A stretch of DNA of 64,000 nucleotides from Alphaproteobacteria bacterium (GTDB lineage Bacteria; Pseudomonadota; Alphaproteobacteria; MPNO01), in assembly GCA_965248835.1 (NCBI GenBank), contig CBDFLJ010000001.1:832001-896000 (forward strand), read 5' to 3'. Positions within the stretch are counted from its first letter, which is position 1, and every line of letters begins with the position of its first letter. This document shows, piece by piece, positions 27,303-37,335 of the stretch. The notes beneath the pieces were generated by a model. That model ran no database searches and had not been told where the DNA came from. It saw only the letters and a program-made list of their open reading frames with translations. Both the position numbers and the translations under genes were made by a program.

Positions 27303-28517
27303 TCAGAAATTGTCCGAGCCCGGCGGCAGGCCCAGCGCGACGCGGCCGTAGAGCGCGCCCATGACGTCCCATTGCATGGTGATGTGCATCGCCCCGGCCG
27401 TCGCATCGCGCCAGTAGCGCTGCAGGGCGCTGGTGGTGAACAGACCGCCGCCGCCGCCGCCCTTGAACAGGGCGTCCACCGCATCGATGGACAACTTCAC
27501 GGCGAACGCCTGGTTTCGCTTGAACCGGGCGCGTTGTTCGACGCTGAGGCTGTCGCCGCCGGCCACCGTCGAGACGATCTCGCGGCAGTCGTGGCGGACC
27601 AGGACCCGGCCGGCATCGATGGCGGCCGCAGCCCCGCCCACGCGAAGCTGGACGCCTGGGAGTTCGGCCATCGGCACCGCGCTGGTGATCGACGCGCCGC
27701 GGGTGATGCGTTCGCGAATGCCGCCGGTGAACTCGTCGAACGCGCCCTGGGCCATGCCCATGACCGCCGCGCACAAGCTGATCGAGATCACGGTGAACAT
27801 GGGAATGCGATAGAGCGCGGCCGGGTTGACCGCCGATCCGGGCGGCCGGCCCGAGCCGGCGTCGGCGAGCGACAGGAACCGGTGGGCGGGCACGAAGACC
27901 TCGCGGCATGCGATGTTCTTCGAGCCCGTGCCGGCGAGGCCGATGACGTGCCAGTTGTCCTCGATGTCGAATTCGGACGTCGGCACCAGGATGAGGCCGC
28001 GGCCCGTCGGTTCTTCCCCGCCCGCAGCCGGCACCTCGACGCCGAGGATCATCCAGCCGCAATTGTCCACGCCCGAGCAATACAACCACTTGCCCGACAG
28101 AAGGTAGCCGCCATCGACCGGGACGGCGTCGCCCGAGGGCGAGAACGAAGCGGCGCTGACCGCGCGCGGATCGACGCCCCAGACGTCGTCCTGGGCCTGT
28201 TCCGGATAGAGCCCGACCAGGAGCTGGTAGGCGCTGGTGATCGCATAGACCCATCCGGTCGAGCCGCAGCCGCGCGCGACCTCGAAGGCGACATCGAGAT
28301 AGGTCTCCAGATCATGCTCGAACCCGCCGTGGCGCGCGGGGACCAGCAGGCGAAACAGATCCGCATCGATCAGCGCATCGAAACTCTGCTGCGGGACGCG
28401 GCGCGCTGCCTCGGTTTCGACCTGAACCGCGCGGAACCGCACGGCCAGGTCCTGCGCCCGCCCGACCAGCACCTCGGGCGGGACCACGGAGCGCGACGTT
28501 TTGCGGTTTGCGGACAA
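27303..28517 (-). CDS. Acyl-CoA dehydrogenase-fold flavin-dependent monooxygenase (HsaA/HpaB C2-like oxygenase component)
   Basis: LVPARHGG, ARGCGSTGW, LSGKWLYCSGVD, DNWHVIGLAGTGS, LQRYWRDA...H. Confidence 0.85.
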   Translation of the reverse strand: MSANRKTSRSVVPPEVLVGRAQDLAVRFRAVQVETEAARRVPQQSFDALIDADLFRLLVPARHGGFEHDLETYLDVAFEVARGCGSTGWVYAITSAYQLLVGLYPEQAQDDVWGVDPRAVSAASFSPSGDAVPVDGGYLLSGKWLYCSGVDNCGWMILGVEVPAAGGEEPTGRGLILVPTSEFDIEDNWHVIGLAGTGSKNIACREVFVPAHRFLSLADAGSGRPPGSAVNPAALYRIPMFTVISISLCAAVMGMAQGAFDEFTGGIRERITRGASITSAVPMAELPGVQLRVGGAAAAIDAGRVLVRHDCREIVSTVAGGDSLSVEQRARFKRNQAFAVKLSIDAVDALFKGGGGGGLFTTSALQRYWRDATAGAMHITMQWDVMGALYGRVALGLPPGSDNF

Positions 28518-28520
28518 GGT

Positions 28521-29717
28521 CTATTGCGCCCGATGTGCCTGGTTGAGCCGTACAGCGCCGTATGCGGCAAGCCCCACCAGGCTGGCGATGGCGATCGCGG
28601 TGACCATCGGCGCGTGGGTGCCGTCATCGAAGGCGCCCACCAGCGCACCGGTCAGCGCGGCCGCGCCGAGCTGCACGAAGCCGAGCAGCGCGGACGCCGC
28701 GCCGGCCGCCCTGGGGAAGGGCGACAGAGCGCCCGCGGTCGACGGCGGCAGGATCAGCGCGAAAAAGAACATGTAGAAGAAGACCGGCAGGACGATCGCA
28801 GCGACCGCATGGACTCCGGCCAGCGCGAGGATTGCGATCGACAGCGCCGAGACCAGCCCGCCCAGCGTCCCGATCAGCAGCAGCCGGTCGAGCCCGAGGC
28901 GGCCGACCAGCCGGGCGCCGGTCGGATAGCCGACAAGGTTGCCCAGCATGACGATCGCGAAATAGAGGCTGAACTCTCGAGGGCTTGCGCCGAGGAAGAC
29001 GATCAGGGAAGCGGGCGAGCCGATCAGGAATGCGAACAGCGCCGAGAACGAGGCCGCGCCGCAGGCGACATAGGCCCAGAAGAGGCGGTTGGCCGCCGGG
29101 GCCGCGAACGCCCGGGCGAGTCGGCCAGGGTGGAGCGCGTGCGGGTCGCGCTGCGCGTTGGTCTCCGCCAGCCAGCGGCCGTGCACTATCAAGGCGAGCG
29201 CGCCGTAGGCGATCATGATCCAGAATATCGACCGCCAGCCGACGGTCTCGGTCAGGTACGCCCCCAGGATCGGCGCGACGATCGGTGCGATAGCGAGCAC
29301 CAGAAAGACGTAGGACAGCACCTGAGAGGCCGCCTCCCGGTCGAGCCGGTCGCGGATGATCGCGCGGCTGACGGTCTGGGTCGCGGCCGCCGCGAAGCCC
29401 TGGATCAGTCGGGCGCCGATCACGGTGTCGATTCCCGGCGCCACCGCCAGCGCCAACGTGGCCGCGATATACAGGCCGAGCGCGCCGAGCATGACCGGCC
29501 GCCGGCCGAACCGGTCCGAAGCCGGTCCATGGAACAGCTGTCCCACCGCCATGCCGAGGACGAACAGGCTGAGGCTGAGCTGGATCGAGGACAGGTCGGT
29601 CGCCAGCCCCTCGGCCATCACCTCGGCGACGGGCAGGGCCGTGTCGATCGACAGCGGATCGAGGCCCACGACCATTCCCAGGAGCAAGGTGAGCAGCAGC
29701 TTCTCGCGGCGCTCCAT
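28521..29717 (-). CDS. Bcr/CflA family MFS efflux transporter
   Basis: PLSIDTALP, GPASDRFGRRPV, RAIIRD, APIVAPILG, AGAASAL. Confidence 0.9.
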   Translation of the reverse strand: MERREKLLLTLLLGMVVGLDPLSIDTALPVAEVMAEGLATDLSSIQLSLSLFVLGMAVGQLFHGPASDRFGRRPVMLGALGLYIAATLALAVAPGIDTVIGARLIQGFAAAATQTVSRAIIRDRLDREAASQVLSYVFLVLAIAPIVAPILGAYLTETVGWRSIFWIMIAYGALALIVHGRWLAETNAQRDPHALHPGRLARAFAAPAANRLFWAYVACGAASFSALFAFLIGSPASLIVFLGASPREFSLYFAIVMLGNLVGYPTGARLVGRLGLDRLLLIGTLGGLVSALSIAILALAGVHAVAAIVLPVFFYMFFFALILPPSTAGALSPFPRAAGAASALLGFVQLGAAALTGALVGAFDDGTHAPMVTAIAIASLVGLAAYGAVRLNQAHRAQ

Positions 29718-29719
29718 CC

Positions 29720-32050
29720 TCAGCCGGCCGGCAGCGCGCCACGGACCGCGCGCCAGATGCGCTCGGTCGTTGCCGGCATCTCGATATGGGCGATCCCGAG
29801 CGGCGACAGCGCATCGACGACGGCATTGGCGACCGCCGGCAGCGCGCCGACATTGCCGGCCTCGCCCGCGCCCTTGACGCCCAGCGGGTTGGTCGCGGTG
29901 GGCACCGGGTTCGACTTCACCGCCATCATCGGCAGATCGTCGGCCCGCGGCATGACATAGTCCATGAACGATCCGGTCAGGAGCTGGCCGGAGCCGTCCT
30001 CGAAGCTTATGTCCTCGAACAGCGCCTGGCCCAGCCCCTGGGCGATGCCGCCGTGGATCTGGCCCTTGAGCAGCAGCGGGTTCATTACCGTGCCGACGTC
30101 ATCGACCACGCTGTAGGCGAGAACCTCGACCTTGCCGGTCTCGGGGTCGATCTCGAGCTCGCAGATATGGCAGCCGTTGGGAAAGTTCATGGTGGTCGCG
30201 GTGTAGACCGCGCCGCCGGTCAGGCCTGGCTCCATGCCGGCCGGCAGCCTGTCCGGGTTGACGGCGGCGCGGGCGACCTCCTTGACACCGATCCGCCGGT
30301 CGGTGCCGGCGATGGTGAACACGCCGTCTTCGAAGTGCAAATCCTCCGGTGCGGCTTCCACCAGGTGGGCCGCGATCAGGCGGGCCTTTTCGATCACCTT
30401 CTCGGTCGCCATCAGCACCGCAGAGCCGCCCAGCGTCGCCGAGCGCGAGCCGCCGGTGCCGTGGCCGAAGGCGATTTTGTCGGTATCGCCCCAGACGTAA
30501 CGCACCTCCTCGGGGGCCAGGCCCAGCATGTCGCAGACGATCTGCTTGAAGACCGTCTCGTGGCCCTGGCCCTGGGTGATCGAGCCGGCGAGGATCGTCG
30601 CGGTCCCGCTGCGGTCGAAGCGGAGTTCCGCGCCCTCGATGCCCGCCGCCGCCGCGCGCTCGATGGTGTTGGACAGGCCGATTCCGCGCAGCCTGCCGCG
30701 CGTCGCGGCCGCGCGCCGGCGCTGCTCGAATCCGCCGAGACCGGCGAGTTCGATCGCCATGTCCATGTTGGCCTCGAACGCGCCGCAGTCATAGGTGAAG
30801 GTCAGCCCGGTCTTGAACGGCATCTGCGCCGGCGCGATGGTGTTGCGCCGGCGCAGGGCCACCGGATCGAAGCCCAGCCTGTCGGCCGCGATGTCGATGA
30901 TGCGCTCGATCACATACGCCGCTTCCGGCCGCCCGGCGCCGCGATAGGGCCGCGTCGGGTTGGTGTGCGAGAACAGTCCGGTCACGTCGACCGAGATCGC
31001 GGGTGTGGTGTAGACGCCGGCCAGCGTGCCCAGATTGACCACGCCGGGATTTGGCCCAGCCTGCATCAGATAGGCGCCGAGGTTGAACAGGGTGCGCACC
31101 CGCAGGGCGAGGAATTTTCCGTCCCGGTCGAGCGCCAGCGCGACATCGGTGACGTTGTCGCGCCCTTGCGCGTCGCTCAGGAAGGACTCGCTGCGGTCGG
31201 CCGTCCACTTGACCGGCCGGCCGATCAGCTTCGAGGACCACAGCGCCAGCGGGACCTCTGGGTAGATCTCCGACTTCATGCCGAAGCTGCCGCCGATGTC
31301 GCCGGCGATGATCCGGACATGGCTCTCGGGCACCTTGAGCACCGTGCCCGCCAGGCTCGCGCGGTAGGGGTGGGCCTGCTGCAGCGTGGTGTAGAGCGTA
31401 TAGAGGCCCTCGGCCGGATCGTAATGGCCGACGCAACCGCGCGGCTCCATGGCGTTGGCGGTGACCCGGTTGATCACGAAGCGATGCTCGATCACATGGG
31501 CGGCTGCCTCGATCGCCCGGTCGACCGCCGCCTTGTCGCCGGCCAGGTGGACGAAGCAGATATTGTCCGGACAGTTGTCCCAGACCGCCGGCGCACCCGG
31601 GCGCGCGGCCTGCGCGGTGTCGGTGACGGCGGGCAGCGGCGCGTAATCGACCGCAATCAGCTCGGCCGCGTCGCGGGCCTGGGCGGCCGTCTCGGCGACC
31701 ACGAACGCGACATAATCGCCCACCCGGCGCACCCGTCCATGCACCAGCGCCGGATAGGGCGGCACGTGCATAGGGCTGCCGTCGCGCATGGTGCGGCCGC
31801 TGCCGCGCGGCAGGTCGCCGAGGCCGGAGGCCGCCCAGTCCTCACCGGTCAGCACCGCCAGCACGCCCGGCGCCGCGCGCGCGGCCGCGCTGTCGATCGC
31901 GCGGATCTCGGCGTGGGCATGGGGCGAGCGCAGCACGCAGCCATGGGCCATGCGCGGCAGGACGACATCATCGACATATCGTCCGCCGCCGCGGAGCAGA
32001 CGCGGATCCTCCGAGCGCGGCACGGCCTGGCCCAGCGCGTACTCACCCAT
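29720..32050 (-). CDS. Xanthine dehydrogenase family molybdopterin-binding large subunit (CoxL form II-like)
   Basis: RSEDPRLLRGGGRYVDD, GGSFGMK, PYRGAGRPE, QGQGHET, GTGGSRS, GQIHGG, KGAGEAG; ATG at 32050. Confidence 0.92.
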   Translation of the reverse strand: MGEYALGQAVPRSEDPRLLRGGGRYVDDVVLPRMAHGCVLRSPHAHAEIRAIDSAAARAAPGVLAVLTGEDWAASGLGDLPRGSGRTMRDGSPMHVPPYPALVHGRVRRVGDYVAFVVAETAAQARDAAELIAVDYAPLPAVTDTAQAARPGAPAVWDNCPDNICFVHLAGDKAAVDRAIEAAAHVIEHRFVINRVTANAMEPRGCVGHYDPAEGLYTLYTTLQQAHPYRASLAGTVLKVPESHVRIIAGDIGGSFGMKSEIYPEVPLALWSSKLIGRPVKWTADRSESFLSDAQGRDNVTDVALALDRDGKFLALRVRTLFNLGAYLMQAGPNPGVVNLGTLAGVYTTPAISVDVTGLFSHTNPTRPYRGAGRPEAAYVIERIIDIAADRLGFDPVALRRRNTIAPAQMPFKTGLTFTYDCGAFEANMDMAIELAGLGGFEQRRRAAATRGRLRGIGLSNTIERAAAAGIEGAELRFDRSGTATILAGSITQGQGHETVFKQIVCDMLGLAPEEVRYVWGDTDKIAFGHGTGGSRSATLGGSAVLMATEKVIEKARLIAAHLVEAAPEDLHFEDGVFTIAGTDRRIGVKEVARAAVNPDRLPAGMEPGLTGGAVYTATTMNFPNGCHICELEIDPETGKVEVLAYSVVDDVGTVMNPLLLKGQIHGGIAQGLGQALFEDISFEDGSGQLLTGSFMDYVMPRADDLPMMAVKSNPVPTATNPLGVKGAGEAGNVGALPAVANAVVDALSPLGIAHIEMPATTERIWRAVRGALPAG

Positions 32051-33896
32051 CCTCGCCTCCGATCCCGGGCCGGTCGGGCGAGCTGGCATATTCCGCGATC
32101 GCGGACAGGAAGGGGTCCGCGAGGTCGCGCAGCTTGGCCGCGCCGACGCCGTGGACAGCGGCGAAGGCCTCCCGGGTCAGCGGCCGGCGGCGCGCCATGT
32201 CCTCGAGCGAGCGGTCGGAGAAGATCACGTAGGCCCGCACCGAACGCGCCTCGGCGAGCTTCCGCCGCAGCAGCTTGAGCGCATCCAGCAGGCCGGGTTC
32301 CGGAGCGTCCTGCACCGGCGCCGGGGCGGCGGGCGCGCGGGCGGCCCGGGTCTTGGCTCGCAGCGTCTCGGCCCGGCGCCGGAAGCTGCCCTGGCCCTCG
32401 AGCAACGCCCGTCCGGTCTCGGTGGTCTTGAGGCCGCGATAGCCGGCGATGTCGATCCGCAGGAGATCGGCGGCGACGAGCTGGCGGATGATCGCGCGCC
32501 ATTCCTGCTGGCCGAGCGCCGCGCCGACCCCGAAGCTGGAAAGACCGTCATGGCGGGCGCCGAGGACCTTCTCGGTCGGGTTGCCGCGCAGGACATCGAT
32601 GATGTGGGCCGCGCCGTAGACCTGGCCGGTGCGCATGACCGCCGAAATCGCCTTTTGCGCATCCTCGGTCGCTTCGAGCAGCGCGACGGGGTTGAGGCAG
32701 AGGTCGCAATTGCCGCAGGCCTCGATCCGCTCGCCGAAATAGGCGAGCAGCGTCGCCCGACGACAGGTCGGCGCCTCGCAATAGCCGAGCAGCGCATCGA
32801 GCCGCGCGTGCTCGCGCCGTTTATGCGCGTCGTCCGCGTCGCCGTCTTCGATGAACATCCGGCGCATGCGGATATCGTCGAGCCCGAAGAGCATGCACGC
32901 CTGTGCCGGCTGGCTGTCGCGGCCTGCCCTGCCGATCTCCTGGTAGTAGGCCTCGATGCTGGCCGGGATGTCGGTGTGGAAGACGAACCGGACATCCGGC
33001 TTGTCGATCCCCATGCCGAAGGCGATGGTCGCGACCATCACCACCCCCGGCTCGGTGATGAACGTGTCCTGGTTCGCCGTCCGGTCGCCTGAGTCCATGC
33101 CGGCGTGGTAGGGCAGCGCGCGGACACCTTCGGCGGCCAGATCGACGGCGAACGCCTCGGCGCGCTTGCGCGACAGGCAATAGACGATCCCGCTCTCGCC
33201 CCGGTGGCGGCGCACGAAGGACAGGAGCTGCGTCCTGACGCCGGCCTTGGGCTCGACCGCGAGTTCGATGTTGGGGCGGTCGAAGCCCGAAACGAACGCC
33301 GCCGCGCCGGACGCCAGCAGCTTGGCGCGGATATCCTCGCGCGTGATCTCGTCCGCGGTCGCAGTGAAACCCGCAATCGGCACGCCCGGGAAATGTTCGC
33401 GCAAGCCGGTCAGCGCATCGTATTCGGGCCTGAAGGACGGGCCCCATTGCGAGATGCAATGGGCTTCGTCGACCGCGATCAGGCATACCGGCAGGCGGCC
33501 GAGCGCGGCCAGCATGCGCTCGGTCATCAGCCGTTCGGGCGCCATGTAGAGGAGTTTCAATTCACCGGCGGCCGCCCTTCGCCAGATGGCGATGTTCTCG
33601 GCCCGGCTGTTGCCCGAATTGATCGCATCGGCGGCGACGCCGGCGAGCTTCAGCGCGGCCACCTGATCCTGCATCAGCGCGACCAGCGGCGAGACCACGA
33701 TCGTCAGGCCGCCGCGCACCAGGGCGGGGATCTGGAAGCACAGCGACTTGCCCGACCCCGTCGGCATCACGGCCAGGACATCGCGCCCGGCAAGGAGGGT
33801 ATCGACCACCTGTTCCTGTCCGGGTCGGAAGGAATCGAATCCGAAGGCGTCCTTCAAGACCCGGTATTTCGCGCTATGGTTGATCGGCCCGTCCAT
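32043..33896 (-). CDS. recQ: ATP-dependent DNA helicase RecQ
   Basis: MPTGSGKSLCFQ, VDEAHCISQWG, ATIAFGMGIDKPDVR, YYQEIGRAGRD, Zn-binding CRR..CGNCDLC, RQC and HRDC domains. Confidence 0.96.
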   Translation of the reverse strand: MDGPINHSAKYRVLKDAFGFDSFRPGQEQVVDTLLAGRDVLAVMPTGSGKSLCFQIPALVRGGLTIVVSPLVALMQDQVAALKLAGVAADAINSGNSRAENIAIWRRAAAGELKLLYMAPERLMTERMLAALGRLPVCLIAVDEAHCISQWGPSFRPEYDALTGLREHFPGVPIAGFTATADEITREDIRAKLLASGAAAFVSGFDRPNIELAVEPKAGVRTQLLSFVRRHRGESGIVYCLSRKRAEAFAVDLAAEGVRALPYHAGMDSGDRTANQDTFITEPGVVMVATIAFGMGIDKPDVRFVFHTDIPASIEAYYQEIGRAGRDSQPAQACMLFGLDDIRMRRMFIEDGDADDAHKRREHARLDALLGYCEAPTCRRATLLAYFGERIEACGNCDLCLNPVALLEATEDAQKAISAVMRTGQVYGAAHIIDVLRGNPTEKVLGARHDGLSSFGVGAALGQQEWRAIIRQLVAADLLRIDIAGYRGLKTTETGRALLEGQGSFRRRAETLRAKTRAARAPAAPAPVQDAPEPGLLDALKLLRRKLAEARSVRAYVIFSDRSLEDMARRRPLTREAFAAVHGVGAAKLRDLADPFLSAIAEYASSPDRPGIGGEDG

Positions 33897-34012
33897 TGGC
33901 CATCATTTCGTTCGACGCATCCTGCGCGGATTCGGCGGATGGCGTCCAGTGCACGGGCTGCTAGAGTATCAGTTCGAAAAAACCTCGCGAGGGCCGATCG
34001 ATGGGCCGCAGG

Positions 34013-34345
34013 ATGGGCGTCGAGATCGAGGCCATGCGTCGGGCGCTGAAAGAGGAGCGGGACGCCCTGAAGAAGTCGAGCGCCGCGACCGCAGAGGATC
34101 GCAACCCCGTCGCGCTCGACCAGCAGACGGTAGGGCGGCTGTCGCGGATCGATGCGATCCAGGTCCAGCAGATGGCCCAGGCCACCGAAGTGCGCCGCAA
34201 GAGCCGGCTGCAGCGGATCGCCGGCGCGCTCGAGCGGATCGAGGACGGCAGCTTCGGCGCCTGCCTGGAATGCGGCGAGGACATCGCGCCGAAACGCCTG
34301 GCACTCGATCCGGCGGTGACCCACTGCATCGACTGCGCCGGCTGA
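34013..34345 (+). CDS. TraR/DksA C4-type zinc finger protein
   Basis: LDQQTVGRLSRID coiled-coil tip; ALERIEDGSFGACLECGEDI..RL..P..HCIDC. Confidence 0.88.
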   Translation: MGVEIEAMRRALKEERDALKKSSAATAEDRNPVALDQQTVGRLSRIDAIQVQQMAQATEVRRKSRLQRIAGALERIEDGSFGACLECGEDIAPKRLALDPAVTHCIDCAG

Positions 34346-34412
34346 CGGCGGTCGGGTTTGCGCCGGTCCGGGCGCCGCGCTAGTCTTCGCGCCGCCGATT
34401 GGGGAAGCGTCG

Positions 34413-35318
34413 ATGTGCGGAATCGTTGGCCTGTTCCTGAAGAACCCGGACCTCCGCGACAGCCTGGGCGCCAGGTTCTCGACGATGCTCGAAGGCATGA
34501 CCGACCGCGGCCCGGACAGCGCCGGGCTCGCCGTCTATCGCAACCCTGTGGCCGACGGCGCGACCAAGTTCACCCTGTTCGCGGGCGATGCCGGCCATGA
34601 CTGGGACGCGCTGTGCCGGTCGGTGGCCGCCGCCGTCGGCGGCGCCTCCGAGATCGAGGTCAGGTCCAATCACGCGATCCTGCGCATCGCGGCCGGGGCG
34701 GACGACGTGCTGGCCTGGCTCGAAGCCAACGCGCCCGGCGTGCGGGTGATGGGGTATGGCAGGCTGATCGAGATCTTCAAGGACAAGGGCGTTCCGGCCG
34801 ACGTCACCAGGCGCTATGGCGTCGACGCGATGGCGGGCAGCCACGCGATCGGCCACACCCGCATGGCGACCGAGAGCGCGGTGACCACGGAGCATTCGCA
34901 CCCGTTCATCGCCGATGACGACGTGTGCCTGGTCCATAACGGCTCCCTCAGCAACCACAACCGGCTGCGGGCGTGGCTGGTCCGCCGCGGGTTGCGCTTC
35001 GAGTCCGACAACGACACCGAGGTCGCCGCGCGCTACTTCGCCTACCGCCTGGGCGAGGGGGCCAGCCTGGAAGAGGCGATGGAGGCCGGGCTCAAGGACC
35101 TCGACGGGTTCTACACCTTCGCGATGGGCACCGCCGACGGGTTCGCCGTGCTGCGCGACGGCTTCGCATGCAAGCCGGCGGTGCTGGCCGAGACCGAGGA
35201 ATGGGTGGCGATGGCTTCGGAATTCCGCTCGCTCGCCGATCTGCCGGGAATCGACAAGGCGAGGATCTGGGAGCCGGCGCCCTCGATCGTCTACACTTGG
35301 TCGCTCGGGGCGGCCTGA
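34413..35318 (+). CDS. mgsA: N-methylglutamate synthase subunit A (class II glutamine amidotransferase, GlxB)
   Basis: MCGIVG N-terminal Cys, RGPDSAG, GHTRMATES, HNGSLSNH; first gene of the NMG cluster. Confidence 0.88.
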   Translation: MCGIVGLFLKNPDLRDSLGARFSTMLEGMTDRGPDSAGLAVYRNPVADGATKFTLFAGDAGHDWDALCRSVAAAVGGASEIEVRSNHAILRIAAGADDVLAWLEANAPGVRVMGYGRLIEIFKDKGVPADVTRRYGVDAMAGSHAIGHTRMATESAVTTEHSHPFIADDDVCLVHNGSLSNHNRLRAWLVRRGLRFESDNDTEVAARYFAYRLGEGASLEEAMEAGLKDLDGFYTFAMGTADGFAVLRDGFACKPAVLAETEEWVAMASEFRSLADLPGIDKARIWEPAPSIVYTWSLGAA

Positions 35319-36001
35319 TGGCCGATGTCGACCTGTCGGCCACCGGGGTGCGGGCGCTCAACGCGATGCTGCACGGCCTGGCGGCAGATACCGACCGGCG
35401 CGCTTGGCGCATTACGCGGCCAAGGGGCGCGCATGCGATCGCCGCCGGGCTCACCGTGCCGGTCGCCGTCGAGATCGACGGCCATGTCGGCTATTACTGC
35501 GGCGGGATGAACCAGGAGGCTTCGGTCTTCATCAACGGCCATTGCGGCACCGGGGTGGCCGAGAACATGATGTCGGGCACCGTTCGGGTGCGCGGCAACG
35601 CATCGCAATGCGCCGGCGCCTCGGGCCATGGCGGGCTGTTGGTGATCGAGGGTGATGCGGGACCGCGCTGCGGCATCTCGATGAAGGGGATCGACATCGT
35701 GGTCGGCGGCTCGGCCGGGCACATGAGCGCCTTCATGGCCCAGTCGGGCGCGCTGGTGGTGTGCGGCGATGCCGGCGACGATTTGGGCGATTCGATTTAC
35801 GAGGCGGCAGTCTATGTCGGCGGCGGGACCGGCCGGCTGGGTGCGGACTGCATCGAGAAGGCGATGACCGCCGAGCACCGCGCTCGGCTGGAGGCGCTGC
35901 TCGTGCGCGCCGAAATCGAGGCCGACCCCTCGCGCTTCCGCCGGTTCGGCTCGGCGCGCACGCTTTATCATTTCAACGTCGATCACGCGGACGCCTATTG
36001 A
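35318..36001 (+). CDS. mgsB: N-methylglutamate synthase subunit B (GXGXG/GltB C-terminal-like domain, GlxC)
   Basis: GHVGYYCGGMNQ, AENMMSG, RCGISMKG, AFMAQSG, LGDSIYE; TGATG coupling. Confidence 0.88.
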   Translation: MADVDLSATGVRALNAMLHGLAADTDRRAWRITRPRGAHAIAAGLTVPVAVEIDGHVGYYCGGMNQEASVFINGHCGTGVAENMMSGTVRVRGNASQCAGASGHGGLLVIEGDAGPRCGISMKGIDIVVGGSAGHMSAFMAQSGALVVCGDAGDDLGDSIYEAAVYVGGGTGRLGADCIEKAMTAEHRARLEALLVRAEIEADPSRFRRFGSARTLYHFNVDHADAY

Positions 36002-37326
36002 TGACCTTCGACCGCCGCACCCTGCGCCCGTCGGGCACGTTTCCCGACCATGTCCTGGCCGAGATCCACCGCGCGGCCGACCAGGGAGTGTACGAGATCC
36101 GCGGGTTCGGCGCCAAGCGCACCCTGCCCGGCTTCGACGACCTGGTCTTCCTGGGCGCGTCGATGTCGCGCTATCCTCTGGAGGGCTACCGCGAGCGCTG
36201 CGACACCGACGTGGTCCTGGGCCACCGGTTCGCCGAGAAGCCGATCGCGCTCAAGATTCCGATCACCGTCGCCGGCATGAGCTTCGGCGCGCTGGGCGCC
36301 AACGCCAAGGAGGCGATCGGCCGGGCGTGCACCGCCATGGGCACCAGCTCGACCACCGGCGACGGCGGTATGACCGAGGAGGAGCGGCAATCCTCGGAGA
36401 TCCTGGTCTACCAGGTCCTGCCTTCGCGCTACGGCATGAACCCCGACGATCTGCGCCGCGCCGATGCGATCGAGATCGTCGTCGGCCAGGGCGCCAAGCC
36501 CGGCGGCGGCGGTATGCTGCTGGGCCAGAAGATCACCGCGCGGGTCGCCCGGATGCGCGACCTGCCCGAGGGAATCGACCAGCGCAGCGCCTGCCGGCAT
36601 CCCGACTGGACCGGCCCCGACGACCTCGCGATCAAGATCCAGGAATTGCGCGAGGTCACCGCGTGGCAGAAGCCGATCTATATCAAGATCGGCGCCTCGC
36701 GGCCCCAGTTCGACGTGCCGCTGGCGGTCAAGGCGGGCGCCGACGTGATCGTGCTCGACGGCATGCAGGGCGGCACCGCGGCGACCCAGGACGTGTTCAT
36801 CGAGCATGTCGGGATCCCGACCCTGCCGGCGGTCCGACAGGCGGTCGAGGCGCTGCAGGAACTCGACATGCACCGCAAGGTCCAGCTCATCGTCTCGGGA
36901 GGAATCCGCAGCGGGGCCGATGTCGCCAAGGCGCTCGCGCTCGGGGCGGACGCGGTCTCGATCGGCTCGGCCGCGATGGTGGCGCTGGGCTGCAACCGCC
37001 CGGTCCATGTCGAGGACTACCGGGCGATCGGCGCCGAGCCCGGCTACTGCCATCACTGCCATACCGGGCTCTGCCCGGTCGGCATCACCACGCAGGACGC
37101 CGCGTTGGAAGCACGGCTCGATCCCGAGCGCGGCGCCCGCTGGCTGAAGAACTACATGAGCGCGATGGTGCTCGAGCTGCAGACTCTGGCGCGCGCCAGC
37201 GGCAAGAGCCACGTGCTCAACCTCGAGCCCGAGGACATGGTCGCATTGACCGTCGAGGCCGCGGCGATGGCAGGCGTCCCGCTCGCCGGCACCAACTGGA
37301 TACCCGGGCGCGATCACAGGGGATAG
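36001..37326 (+). CDS. mgsC: N-methylglutamate synthase subunit C (FMN-binding glutamate synthase family, GlxD)
   Basis: SRYPLEGYRE, GMSFGAL, GQGAKPGGGGMLLG, CRHPDWTGPDDL, CHHCHTGLCPVG. Confidence 0.9.
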   Translation: MTFDRRTLRPSGTFPDHVLAEIHRAADQGVYEIRGFGAKRTLPGFDDLVFLGASMSRYPLEGYRERCDTDVVLGHRFAEKPIALKIPITVAGMSFGALGANAKEAIGRACTAMGTSSTTGDGGMTEEERQSSEILVYQVLPSRYGMNPDDLRRADAIEIVVGQGAKPGGGGMLLGQKITARVARMRDLPEGIDQRSACRHPDWTGPDDLAIKIQELREVTAWQKPIYIKIGASRPQFDVPLAVKAGADVIVLDGMQGGTAATQDVFIEHVGIPTLPAVRQAVEALQELDMHRKVQLIVSGGIRSGADVAKALALGADAVSIGSAAMVALGCNRPVHVEDYRAIGAEPGYCHHCHTGLCPVGITTQDAALEARLDPERGARWLKNYMSAMVLELQTLARASGKSHVLNLEPEDMVALTVEAAAMAGVPLAGTNWIPGRDHRG

Positions 37327-37335
37327 GGGGGCAAG

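Noticed and set aside
29720-32050. Aerobic CO dehydrogenase (form I CoxL) call
   Set aside because: The active-site loop is PYRGAGR, not AYxCSFR, and no coxMS or coxDEFG genes are adjacent; the same applies to 62321-64000.
34013-34345. Canonical DksA
   Set aside because: Short protein lacking the DxxDxA tip; it belongs to the common DQQxVGRLSR TraR/DksA-like subfamily, so no symbol was given.
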